A DNA stretch of 64,000 nucleotides from Bispira polyomma (Eukaryota), in the NCBI GenBank assembly GCA_965649765.1, contig OZ287758.1:16554001-16618000 (forward strand). Reading direction: 5' to 3'. A program made the translations under genes and the position numbers. The notes beneath the pieces were generated by a model. It saw only the letters and a list, made by a program, of their open reading frames with translations. It was not told the origin of the DNA and ran no database searches. Below, piece after piece: positions 1 to 12,417 of this stretch (the first letter of the stretch is position 1; each line of letters begins with the position of its first letter).

Positions 1-3000
1 GAAATTTACAAAGGTTTTACATTAAATAATAATAATAATTTATTTTAACGGGCCATAAATTATACTAATATTCTCAACAATCAACAACAGCCTAATGTCA
101 GTAATACAAATATATTATCATAAATATAGATTAATCATACATCATGCATGTGAAGTTACAAGACAATGATATCCACTAATTTTACTGTAATGTGTATTCT
201 ATTTATTCAGGTAAATTTTCCTAATTAGAATTTTGTAAACTACTGAAATTCATTTAGAAGTTATTTATTTTGCCACTGGAAGAGACAGAGGGGTTATAAA
301 GTTATATATCTTTTGATGAACTGATACATACATCCCTGAACATTGTTAGTACTTGGAGAAACCTTATCTACTTCAATTCTAAACTTGTATGTTGATCTGG
401 TAATTAGGCATTCTACTGATAAATATTAGTCTTTGTAGGAGATTATGCATTGATAGCTCTACATTTAAGCTGGGACAAACAAGTGATAGCTCTGCCTCTT
501 TTAAAATGCCAACACAATGGACTCAAGCAGAATATTTTTTTCTCTTTCTGAACAATTCCTTCCTAATTCCCTGTCACAAAGCAAGGACACTATGACTGAG
601 TGACAGGAAGCTCTTGTTTGACAACTCAGAAAAATGTCTGTGGAACAAGTAATCAGTGAGTCATGAAACATAGTACTTTCTTTTGAAAAGGTACAATGGG
701 AGGTAAATTGATAACGGCTGATTAGGATTAATGTTGAGATAGTTGGAAAAAAGTTTTTTAAATGGCGATAGCAATCTTTACAAAGAAATTATCATGCAAT
801 ATGTAAAAGCACCAAGCAAACTAACTGGATTTTTTCTAGTGTTCCCAGAAAATTAAAATACAATGGAGCCACTTTATAGCCCTCTATATTTTAAATTCTG
901 GTATTTTTTATTTTAGAACTCCTTTTGTAAAACTGCTTTGTTTATGCTTGTAAATATTAGCCCATCTGAAAGTTAGAAGTTCCATTGCACTGACGGGGTC
1001 TAAACCTTCCCACTTATCCACACAATGTTTACAGAGAAAAGGATGTCTGGATCATGACATTACTGCCAGGAAAGCTATAAATAGTGTTCTTGACATTTAG
1101 GTTGTTGAAGGTAAGGCGATAAGAAGTGTAAATTGTGACTTGAGTGGTATTTTACTGCATGTTTAACATTTAATTGGATGGCATTAGCAACAAAACTGAA
1201 ATTCGTTTGTTAAACAGCTTTTTGTCTTTATCTATGACCTATACAAAGTCTTACACTTCATAAAACTCTTCTATGTGCTGTACTCGTTAAGGTGGGTTAG
1301 GCACAGACAGACAAAATAACTGCCATGAGTATAAAGACGTTATTAGTGTTTTGCATTACTTTTTTAACATATTTTGCCAGCAGAGTTATGTATATTCCCA
1401 TACTTGTTGAACCACAAGTATTTTGTGTAATTATAATGTTATCAAAGGCCTCCATGCCATATGTTTGTTTGATAACAATTGTAAGATTGCATTCATTTGT
1501 GTACTATGAATTACATCACATCTATATTTTTAGCGTCTATTACTATATTAATAAGACATATTAACAGTTATACACAAATTTAAATAAGTATAGAGACATC
1601 TCACACAGATCTTAACATAAAGCCAATGGCTATGATTAATTGCCAGAGAAAACGAAGTGTCCTCATGCCATCTACCCATTCCAGTTTTGTTGCGAATGGC
1701 AGTGTCTTACAAGAAAACCCTTGACTTAAATAAAAAAGCCAGGTAAGATCTTAGAATTTTAACATATGCCGTAAAATATATTACATTTGATGCATGTATT
1801 ACAGAGATAATAAATATGTGAAATTCAGAAACAACTAAAACAAGCAGAAAGAAATTGAGATTCACACACGTTATCAGAACCAAGATATAATAGTATAAAG
1901 AACATTTTACTCCTCCTGATTCTTGTTTTTAAATCAAGACTTTAAATCCCATGTAAGGCTTTATAGTTGATGTATTTTAAAGTTGATGTACATTGTTTAC
2001 AGAACAGAGAGTTTTTCACAACTTCTTATTTTCAGTTAAAGTCACATCTGTCTAACCTGCCATGTAAATGTAATATACTGGTATACCCACTAAGTTAAAT
2101 ACAAGGAAGACGCTTGTAGTCCTCTATATTTGTGTGTTAAAGCTCTCTGTAACACTGCTCTGTATATGGCTGTAGATATCAAACTCTTTTTATCCATAGA
2201 GTGTATGTGTTCACAGAAAATGATGTTTGGATCATGATATTACTGCCAGTAAACCTACATGTAGTGTTCTTCACATTTTTGGGTTGTTGAAATTAAGGAA
2301 ATAAATAACTGAAAGCTATAGCTGCAGTGGTATTTTACTGCATGTTTATCGTTTAATTGCTGTGACATCTACACAAACTAATACATTTTGATCTGAATAT
2401 TCATCTAAAACTAAGAATTTGGTCTTTCCCTTGGCATTATTGACAAAAGTTAAATTTAGTCTTAAACTATAGTTTTAGCCTAAGTCTATAATTTAATGCA
2501 ATGTCTGTAATACTAGACGAGTTATTCACAATCGTATGTTCCAGATTAAGTAGAGACACTTTGATAAAGTATCTGCTAAGACATGCTTTGATATTGCAAA
2601 ATGTTGTGGATCTAAGACTTATGTAAGTGTAACAATAATAAGATTTGTGAATTATTACAGTCATAATTAGTGAGTCTAATTTATTGCACAATTGTAAAAA
2701 TGTTTACTTACTTAATAATTGATACTGAACTCTTGATTCAACTGGTAATTGAATCAAATATCCAAATCAAATTCCTTATCAATATCAAACATTATAGGGA
2801 CATTTTAAGTTGGTCTGTAAACATTTAAAATGTATGTTTAAATCACATGAGCTGTACTTCTGATATTAACATACAATCAAACTGCTATTTCCAGCCTAGT
2901 TTACCAGAAATCTCCTTGAGAAATATAATACCAATAACGAACAAAGATAAAATAAAGTAGACTAGGTTATTAAAATGGTAATATTGCATCTTGTTTTCTA

Positions 3001-4049
3001 ATTTTAACTGGCCACATTAAATTCATAGTTGAGAGAGATAGTCCTTTGTTTTTAAAATATTTGCAATCACAATGCAAGTCTAAGAACTGCTGAATAAAAG
3101 AATACCTCAGAATATACTTGAAGCAGTCTTTTTTATACTACACTCATTATGATGTGCGTGATATTAGTGTGAAGAAAGATATTCATCTGAAATCTACTCA
3201 CACATTTGTTCAACAACAATTGCAATCTGTCATTTGTATGTACACTATAAATAAACAATCTGGTATAATGGATTACCATTTATAACCTAATCACTGCAGT
3301 AGCATTTATGTCAACATCACTTCTGTCTGACTAATAAGTTTTGCAAATGACATGATGAACTTAATGAATAATTAATCTACAGTTACATTGATATATAAGT
3401 GCCACAGCTTTGTTAATGTATAATATATCCCAATAATAATTAGTGAAAGAATCTTTTTAAGGTGAACAAGACATTTCAGTAACACATGATAGTCCGAATT
3501 CTGGAATAATTTGCCTTAGGACATAGTTTTACTCTACATTAGGTTGTTATTTAGAGCTTCGTGTGTTTTGTTTGTATTATACTAAAACAGGACTTGCTTA
3601 GCTTTTATTCATACCATATTATAAAGATGGTTTATGCAATTAAATGTAACCTAATAAATCTAACCAGGACTCCAAGAGACAGAAAAGATAGTAACACTCT
3701 GTAAAGGTTTAGAAATATATTTCTTTATCAACTAAGAACTAAAACACAGTATATAAAATACTTACTCACTACTTGCATCATCTCTCCAAGCTATAAAGGT
3801 CATGTATGTACACTACACCGTTCCACATCAGGCATAAAAAATAGAACTCTCTACAATAGGCCAATGGGCCATCAATTACCTTTATTGCACTTACATTAGG
3901 GTTTCTGTAATAGTAACCTTTTCTAACAGGATTCTGCTTGCTTTGTTGTACCACATATATATCCATTCATGAGACAAATACAATGAGCCCTAAGATTAGA
4001 CCGAAGTAGAAAGCTAAAGGCACCAGAGGCAGGTTCAAGAACTTTTACA

Positions 4050-4335
4050 GTTTCATATTTCTGCTCAAAAAGGATGTTTGGAATGCTCTTCCTGTTGAGA
4101 TTTGTGCGTCCCCCTCTCTGGCCTCTTTTAGAAAGCGGTTTAAGAACCTACCTCTACACCAAGGCATACCCACGATAGTCTTAATCATCCCTAGTGTTCT
4201 CTGTGGTGCTTGACCTTTTTTCTGTCTCAGGATACTAAAATTGGTTGACTGTCTTGGTGCTGTTTCGCCTTAGTGTCCCCTTCGTAAAGGGGATATTAAG
4301 CTTTATAATAAAGCCAATTACAATTACAATTGCAA
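4050..4335 (+). mobile_element. L2/CR1-type LINE 3' end fragment
   Basis: Remnant of the ORF2 C-terminus (WNALPVEI...FRK..KxxLY..AYP), followed by a 3'UTR and a short (ATTACA)n tail. Confidence 0.6.
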
Positions 4336-4699
4336 GTGTTTAAGTCATCAAATCTGAAATTTTCTTTAAACAATATTCATTTTCCTTTTTTTATTGCAAC
4401 ATTATACAAACATCAATTTTTTTTTATAAAAATACATGTGACATGATTGCATTACATATAACTGATAGACAGTGAACTTTCTACAAAGCTTACTAGGAAT
4501 TGCCCCAGTTAGATTTAGATTTTTTGCTTTACCATGTGTCCAAAGTAATTTATTGGTTATAACTGGAATTTTGCCTTTTCCCCCTTTGGTAACGGGTGAC
4601 CAATGTTTCCGCATATCCCACACTAATGTGAATTTTAAGTTACAGTGGTATTTAAGTTTTATTTTAGATTTAAAAACCAACCATTTTCTCTTTACTGTA

Positions 4700-5400
4700 T
4701 TGTATTTTAAAATATTTCTATTGTCCATTAGAACAAATCATGGATTTTCTAATGAACACTGATGCTGTATGTAATATATGTAACAATAGATGCAGACAAA
4801 AATGATATATTGTGCTCTCAATAGTAACTAAGGTTACTGTAAACAGTCCAATTTAAGGATCACTGTAATCTAATATACTTAGTCATGACAATAGCCAGAT
4901 GATATCTCAGGCAGACAAAGGAAACATAGAACAAATAAAGGATCTTTTTATAATAGACTAGTAAGTCCCCCTATATGAAATATATATTGTCAATTAGAAC
5001 AAATCATGGATCTTCTTTTGAATACTGGTGCTGTATGTAATATATGTAACAATAGATGCAGACAAAAATGATGTATGGTGTTGGTTTTCCAGTCCAATGT
5101 AAGGGTCTCTGTAATCTAATATATTTAGTCATGACAATGGCCAGATAATATCTCAGGCAGACAAAAAGGAATCATAGAACAAATGAAGAATCTTATTATA
5201 ATAGACTAGTAAGTTCCCCCTATATGGAATATATATAACAATAGATTCAGACCACATAACCTACCCAAACAGAATGATGTATAGTGTTCTCACTTCTCAC
5301 TTATCAAATAACTTAGTCTTGACAATAGTCAGATGACATGTCAGACAGACGAAGGAACAATTTAATACTTACCCCCTTATGGACACAATTACACGTTATA
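4700..5400. repeat. Local tandem duplication/triplication of a ~265-bp block inside A1
   Basis: TGCTGTATGTAATATATGTAACAATAGATGCAGAC at ~4764 and ~5029, with a partial third copy at ~5230. Homologous blocks lie at ~14655, ~21655 and ~26608. Confidence 0.9.
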
Positions 5401-5689
5401 GTATAACAAAGGCTTAGTCTTTGTTGTTTTAAATAGCAAAAGATTGATGGTCAGTATATAAATGCAGAAACAGTATTCGTATTTTGCACACCACTAAAGG
5501 TGACAAACCATCTAGTTTAATGACCAGCTAATTAATTCCACAAGGTCTTCCAGAAGTGACAAATGTATAAAATAATACATGTGAAAAAGCTAAAAAAGCA
5601 GACGTGCAAAATAACCCAATTATTTAATCATAGTTATCAACCATTATCAACCATCACTTAGACATTAAATTGTGAATTTTGAAGTATTT

Positions 5690-5949
5690 ATAATTGATTT
5701 TGCACATTTAACGTCCACTCTAGTACCTTTTTATGTTATATTGGGATGAGTAGTTGGAAACGCTGGAGGTAAAACTGCATACAGTTGATCAGGATTCTGC
5801 ACTGAAATCAGCAGCCCACAGTAAGGAACTACTATCTTTCCCACAAATGCATCAATGGGAGTAGAACCCATGCCAGCCAATCCCAGAGGTGAGAGACCAG
5901 TGATTGTGAAGCGCAATTCTTGCTAACCACTAGGCCACAGCGACTCCCC
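5690..5949 (-). mobile_element. tRNA-derived SINE (same family as 52955-53203)
   Basis: Minus strand begins GGGGAGTCGCTGTGGCCTAGTGGTTAGC (A box) and the body matches the 52955 copy. Degenerate TSD AAGTA(T/C)TTA. The paralogous site at ~15175 is empty. Confidence 0.9.
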
Positions 5950-7694
5950 ATAAGTACTTACAAACACCTTAATATATAAACATATTTAGGGTTCAAGGAA
6001 AAACTGGTAAAATGTAACTATTATTCTCTGTTTAAGCAAAATAGCTTCAAAGACACTGTTCAAGATCTTGGTACTACATTTTACAGAAAAAAAATACTTT
6101 CAGTGAATATTATCACTGAATAAGTAACCTATATATTTATGGACACTAAGGTGACACAGTTCTTGACTTGGCGATACACTTTGTCTCATATCACCTAAAA
6201 AAATAGATATCATTTCTGCAGTTATAAGTAGGTAATTAGTATGAGAAAAAAATATCTTTTGAGACAAACCTAAGCATACCTTTCCTAATGTGAAATGTGG
6301 AATATTATTTGTCTATTTCAATTTAAATGTCGCTTTTCTGGGAGAACCAGGATAAACTTTGACCATAATCTAGATGAATCAAGGCCTGTATTTCTGCAAC
6401 AACAAACCTAAATATCTCCATGATATACAATACTTGAAATGCCATTGTGCTGATAAATAGTTCATCTCCTCACCTGAAGTAAGTTCTCCCATGTTCAGTT
6501 ATATTTTCCAAATACTATTCTTTTGTAGTTGTTTGTTTTTGATGAAAAACAGACTATGTATTTCTCTGGATGGTGCCTGGACAGACAGTGTTAAATCCAT
6601 TACTTCAGGCAAATCATTTCACCAGGTCTTTGTTGTTATATTTTTGTCATTGAGGACACTTACACCATCATCAAATATAAAGAAAGTATCAGTGACGAAA
6701 CATAACAAAACGACTGAAGCTTCAGTCAGACAAGAATGTCATCCCATATTGATATGGATAACTTGATCAACAATTGTAATATTGCATTTCTCTGTACACT
6801 GTGAATTAGCAATTTGGTAAACCGCTTTTAAATTTCATATGGTACTGTAATGATTTATTTATGTGATAATTATTTCTTCTTTAGCAATAACTTTTGCCAA
6901 TGATAGGATATACTGAATGAATAATAATTCTACAGCCAATTTGGCCTCTATTAGACTGATCATTACTTTATTATCCTCATAAAACAGGAACCATTTCCCC
7001 CAAGAAATAGAAATACCCTGCCCACAATGTGATTCTTCTGATAATAATTAGTGATACATCAACCTGATCCCTGTTTTACTCTATTACAGTTCTACTACAT
7101 GTGTTTTATACATTATAGACATATTGCTATTTTGAGTAGACTGTGTTATTAACAGTGACTATAATTTTCTAGGTTATTATTGAATTAAGTATTTAGCCTG
7201 TATTGTCTTTTTAGATGTCATTGAGCCTATATAAGTTAATGTACAGATGCAGCATAACTAGCTAACCAAACTCTATTTAAACATGTTATTATAATTCTCA
7301 AAACACATCTTTTTCTTGGAACAGGTCAAAATGCCTATGAATACTAAATAATCAATCTACAGCGAATTTGACATCTATTACATTAGTATAGTATTAAATA
7401 GACACTCAGTTGACCTAATTTACAGTTGGTACCATATACATTGATATATTATTCCCACGGTTATGCACAATATCCTGACAATGAATAATGAAAGCACAGC
7501 CGAATGAAATGAGTTTGAGGTCAAGGTCATAAGATGGTAGTTTGACCTTGTGTGTGAAGTTTTGAAAGGTAAGAGATCAGATGCAGTTTGGGATATTTAT
7601 TTATAAATTGTTAGTTTATAAATGTTTAGCTTCTATGTACAACTATACAGAAAATTTTAGACAAGAACTAAAATTTTAACATGCCAAAGCCAAA

Positions 7695-8668
7695 CTAAAA
7701 TTTGGAAGAGACAATAGAAGCAAAGGTGGTAGGGATGATAGAAGAAGCGTGAGAGGTATTTTTTAAGTAAGTCACACTGCATCTGACTTCCAGCACCCAT
7801 GTTTTTGTATGTGCTGGAGTTTTATGTTGGAATTGAAGGCTAAGGAGGCGCCAGAGCGCCTGAAACAATGAAGAGAATGATCTTCAGTGGGAATGTTTAG
7901 CTGATTAAGGATAAGTTTTAATATAGATCTTAACTTGTTGTCAGTTAAGCAAAGACCTGTGTTTGAAGGATTTGCTAAAAGTAGATCCATGGGTCCAAGT
8001 GGATATTTTTGAAAAAGGGACTTTGCAGCCCTAACAGGACACAGCCAAGAATTGCTGAGTGAAGGTAATTGTATGATATCAGGCGAAGTCCTAGCCTGAT
8101 TTGTTTTGGACCATTTTATAATTAAGTGAATACCAGGAGGAGCAAATAAAATATCTGACCTTGTGAGATGTCTAGTGGGGTCAAAGGGGGTCAAGAGGGG
8201 TCAAATTTGATATTCTTAAAAAACCAAAAAATGCAAACAGAAAAGCTGTTCTAAATAACTCAGGATACTGAAGTTGCTCACATGCTTGAGAAATTTGTAA
8301 GAGCTGAGTTAAGTCAAAAACCCCTTTGACCTTGGGTGTATACTTGGAAGTGATCTCTAAGGATCTGGTGTATAAAGGTAATCTGGGATCATAAAGCCCA
8401 GTGTTCTGAATGTTCAGCACTTTGGTTTTGTGTCTTAAAGCTGAGAGGTAATTTGTGACGACTTTGTGAGAAATTCCTGATTGAGTCAAGAATTCAAAGA
8501 AAGCTATGATACTGTTGAAACTAAAAGTCTGTTGTAAGTCATAATAAATTGTGAAACTCAGAAACAATCGAAACTGGTTGTCATACTGTTTCTGTGTTCT
8601 TGGTCTGTGACTCTGTTTTAAACGTCTAAAGGCGTCTTGTACCAGTGAAGTGGCAGGTAAGGGAGTGT
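7695..8668 (-). pseudogene. Tyrosine recombinase of the DIRS element (one frameshift at ~8190, premature TGA at 7772)
   Basis: Motifs FFGFLRISNL, IKWSKTNQ, LCPV, HSLHCFRRSGAS (HxxR), HGCWKSDAV*TY. The frame is open upstream to the pol stop and has no ATG there. Confidence 0.93.
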
Positions 8669-8674
8669 CTGAAA

Positions 8675-11353
8675 TTATATATAACTGTTAAGGGTAAAAA
8701 AGTCAATTGGGACGTCATACAAGATGAAGTTGCCCATAATAATATTTTTTACACAATCAGCATGATGCATTGATTCATACCACCGAGATAACGCATCTGC
8801 GATTATATTGTCTTTACCTGGAATATGACTGATATTTAAGTCAATATTTTTGGTAGCACAGATTTGCCATATATTTCGGAGGCATAGCCCGAGATAATCA
8901 TCTCTGGTTTTTGAAGACTGCACAACAGCCACCACAGCCATGTTGTCAGATTGTATCTTAATTTTTTTGTTTTCCCATTCATGGCCCCATAGCTTTAAGG
9001 CTATTAAAACACTGACCATTTCAAAATGTACAATGGAAAAATTGTCAGTCATGAAGGAAGGGAGAGCAACCTTGAACACTTTGTCATCTGAAATGCCCCC
9101 TATGCCTGATAAGCAGGTGTCAACCTGTAATAAAATGTCATTATCTTGGTTTAAGTATCTGTACTTGCAAGTACCATTGAACTGCTTTAGAAAAAGCAGG
9201 AACCACTGTAAGTCTTTATGAAATTCATCATTTAGAATGATAATTTTATGACTTGTAGACTGACGTAGTAAAGCAAGCATTCTGTTCATAAAAATCCGAG
9301 AAGGTTTGATACAGCGATGTATATACAGCAGCTTGCCAAGTAACGACTGGTACTTCTGTTTCCGAACTTTCCCCAGGTATTTGAACTCCAGGCAAGTATT
9401 CTGAATTGAATTGAATTTTTCCTCATCTATACTGAGGGTTTCTTGTTGGATGTCTATAACAATGCCCATACATGTGACCCGCTTGCTGGGAGGTACTAAC
9501 TTACTGGGGTTAATAGGAAGACCTAAGTCTGTTAGTATTTGTTGTAAAGTTTCGTAGGCTAAGGTGGCCTTATCTTCGTGTTCTATGAGCAAAAAATCGT
9601 CTATATAATTCATAACTGTGAAACCTTTTTGTTTCATGATGTAAGTAACACAATCTGAGGTCATCATAAAAGCAGCAGTACCATGAGTGAGACCAAAAGT
9701 CAGACTTAAGTCAATAAAACACTGGTCTTTCCATATATAACCCAGCTTCAAACAGTCATAAGGATCTATTCTTAGGTTCCTAAATGCGTGCGCAACGTCC
9801 ACCTTTGCTAAGGTTGCCTTAGGTCCTATGTCCATAATTTTGTGAGTTATTTGGTCAATAGTGGGTAATTTCAAAGTGAAGTCGATTGTGTCGTACTGTG
9901 ACTTAATGCTACAGTCATTTACAGATTAGCCTGCTTGGTGAGAAAGATTTAATATAAGACGGTGCTTGTCAGTGTCTTTAGGTACAGTCAAAAGTGGAGA
10001 GCAGTGTATATCAGGGTGAAGGTGAGAAGTAGCTGAGCCCACTAGGGTGCCTCGTTTGAGTTCTGTGACAAAATATCTGTCCACAGCTTCTGGAAAAGTT
10101 TTTGCTGAGTAATGGTTCTTAACATTTTTGACTGTCAGTCTATCTCTATCATACAATGAAATTGGAAATCCAAATTCAATATATTGTAATATGATGTTGT
10201 CAGGATAATCTGTCAGGTATTTCTTCCAATTTTCCACTTTGAGAGTACTCTTAAGCGGTATTCTGGCTTGTTTATAGTTGGGAAATCCAGAGTTCTTAAC
10301 AATGTCTGCAATCTCAATGAGTTTGTCATAAGAATTTATAAGAACTTCTTGTCTGTCTGGACCCACAAATTTAAAACTGTTCTGTCTGTGTGGTATGAAA
10401 CCACAAGTTCTGTCTCTAGAAATAAGACAGGATTCATGTGTGACATTGTCCACATTAGTGTCTGATGATTGAAGTGGTAAGATGTCATTAATCATGACGT
10501 CATCATTATGCACAAATGTAGGTTTTTGAATAATAGAATCTTCATTGTGCATTAATATAGGTTTTTGTATCATAGAAGTATCATTGTGCAGTAATATAGG
10601 TTTTTGAATCATAGACGTTTCATTATGCACTAATATAGGTTTTTGACTCATAACCTTGTGATTATGCACTAGTGCATTACCTTGATTAATTTGATGCTCA
10701 AGGGGTAAGTGGGCTTGATGGTTACAATCTGAATTGCTCTGGTGTTGAAGATTTGATTTGCAAATCTTGTCAATGATATCTGTATAAGTATAATAGAAAG
10801 TTGATCCAAATTTTTTGTGTGTATGTGCCACATTATGTTTTGCACGGTTTTTTGACTGATTTGTTTGAGTGTGATGTAGTGTTGTGGCGCAAGTGGTGTT
10901 CACATAGGATAATGGCCATATGTGATCCAGTGTATAGGCAGTTTGTTGTAAGTACCACATATTTAGGCCATAAGTCCATTTGTATACACCTGAAATACAT
11001 GACTCATCATGACAAACGATATAGCAATAAGTTAGACAATCAGACTTAAAATTACTGGTGCTAATATAAACGTCTACTGTATGAAAGACAGCTGATGGTT
11101 TTTGACCATAATTATCACACTGAACAGAGTTCATAACGTTCAATTTAACAGGCAATTCTTGCCTGCATAAGTCATTAAGGGAAACACTGTCAGGTAATGC
11201 TTGAGATGTCTTACTGGCATCACTATAACTCAATTGAGTAATTGACTCATTGAGTTGACAACTAAAATTATTTATGAAATCATTCTTAAAACTGTTTTTC
11301 TTACAAATTTGCTTATTAGTACCACTGGTTAAATCACAACTTCCTGTCAGCAA
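8675..11353 (-). pseudogene. DIRS pol: long N-terminal extension + reverse transcriptase + RNase H, one in-frame TAA at 9926-9928
   Basis: KVDVAHAFRNL, LTFGL, NYIDDFL, SLLGKL; RNase H motifs QVDTC, IVHFEM, SDNMAVV, HIPGKDNIIADALSR. The ORFs 9926..11353 and 8675..9874 are in the same frame. Confidence 0.95.
10497..10680 (-). repeat. 36-bp coding minisatellite (12-aa unit IQKPILxHNxxx, ~4-5 copies) in the pol N-terminal extension
   Basis: Visible directly in both DNA and translation: SQKPILVHNETS MIQKPILLHNDTS MIQKPILMHNEDS IIQKPTFVHNDD. Confidence 0.9.
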
Positions 11354-11425
11354 ACAATGGTTAATAACAACATCAGAAGTGGACTTAAGGTGAGTAGCTG
11401 TGGTGTCTGCTGGCAGTCCGCGTCC

Positions 11426-12417
11426 CTATTGAGGGGCGTTCGCGGGCGCATTTGGGCGGCCGTGTAACTTGAAGCATTTCGACTCGGGATGTGGGTTCAT
11501 TCTCTTGTTGAGTTGGAAACAGTTGGCACAGATATGTCGAAATGTAATGTTATTGCCCTCATGATCTTTCTGGTGTTGGCAGTCATTTTTTTGGTAACGC
11601 CTGCAAGGCATTTCATTTTTGTTTGAAGATGAAGCAGAAAACGAACTAGTCGAAGGTGTGGTAGTACTGGATATAAGGGCTTGAGAATAAGAAAGCCGAT
11701 TCATATTCCATTTTGTGTCGTTGATCCACTCAAACGACCCTCTTCAATATCATGCATATTACTGGCATATGCTCCACGAGCAATCTCCCAAGAGATGTTG
11801 GAGGCATCTTTGAGGGTGTCTGCTAGTTGGGAGAGCATGGCTCGTGAAATATCAGGATTCTTAACCTCAAGAATATTTTGGATCTGGCCAGCAGCGAACT
11901 GTGAGACTGACAATTCATCAAAAGATACACCCTTTTTGCTAACACCAGATAAGCAGGCCTCGTTCGGCCACCGCTTCATGGGGTCAGATACACATAATTC
12001 AGAGGTATTATAGCGCCCAGATTTTCGCTTGGTAGTGAGCTTACCTTGAATGCTCTCATCTGTGGCCCAGGCTTCATATCTCGCTAGTCGTTTGGAGACC
12101 TCGTTCTGTATGAGGGACGACTGCTTCAGCACTTCGGGAGTCGGGAGAATGGTATCTTTGAACGCACGTTGAGTGGCTTCGTGATCATACCGGCTCTGTG
12201 AACTAGTGAGGTGACGTGAGGGAGAATCTTTAGCGAGAGGATGAGTTGCGAACGCGCTGGCAGTGTGATCTCTCTGACTGTCATGAAGTCCTAGTGAAGT
12301 GTGAGGATCTCGAGGTGCGTTATGAGGCGACACACGGTTGGTCTCCATCTTTTCAAATTTGAGATCTGAGACGTCTTCTTGTAGCTTGGAGACTGTAGAT
12401 AACAGGGTTTCCATCAT
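11426..12417 (-). pseudogene. DIRS gag-like ORF with C-terminal Cys/His finger (1-nt frameshift at ~11730)
   Basis: IQNEVSKRL, KSGR, WPNE, FDELSVSQFAAG, WEIARGAY; C-terminus CRRYQKNDC.HQKDH...HICANC...HPESKC. Restoring the frame gives GRLxWINDTKWNMNRL. Confidence 0.88.

Larger units (their letters stand above)
1..7495. repeat. Segmental repeat family A, copy A1 (left-truncated by window edge)
   Basis: Shares ordered blocks with later copies: GACACTATGACTGAGTGACAGGAAGC (~586, 12775, 22286, variant 28076); GGATCATGACATTACTGCCAG (~1049, 2229, 13270, 22802); GATGGTGCCTGG (~6569, 15758, 21860, variant 27428). The stretch 5950-7495 aligns with ~15170-17920. Confidence 0.9.
7496..12417 (-). mobile_element. 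DIRS-order tyrosine-recombinase retrotransposon, Ngaro-like (gag, RT-RNaseH, YR; no methyltransferase domain), 5'-truncated
   Basis: Gene order gag > pol > YR on the minus strand. The left flank ends at a family A block (compare ~17918) and the right flank resumes in family A (compare ~21926). Confidence 0.95.
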
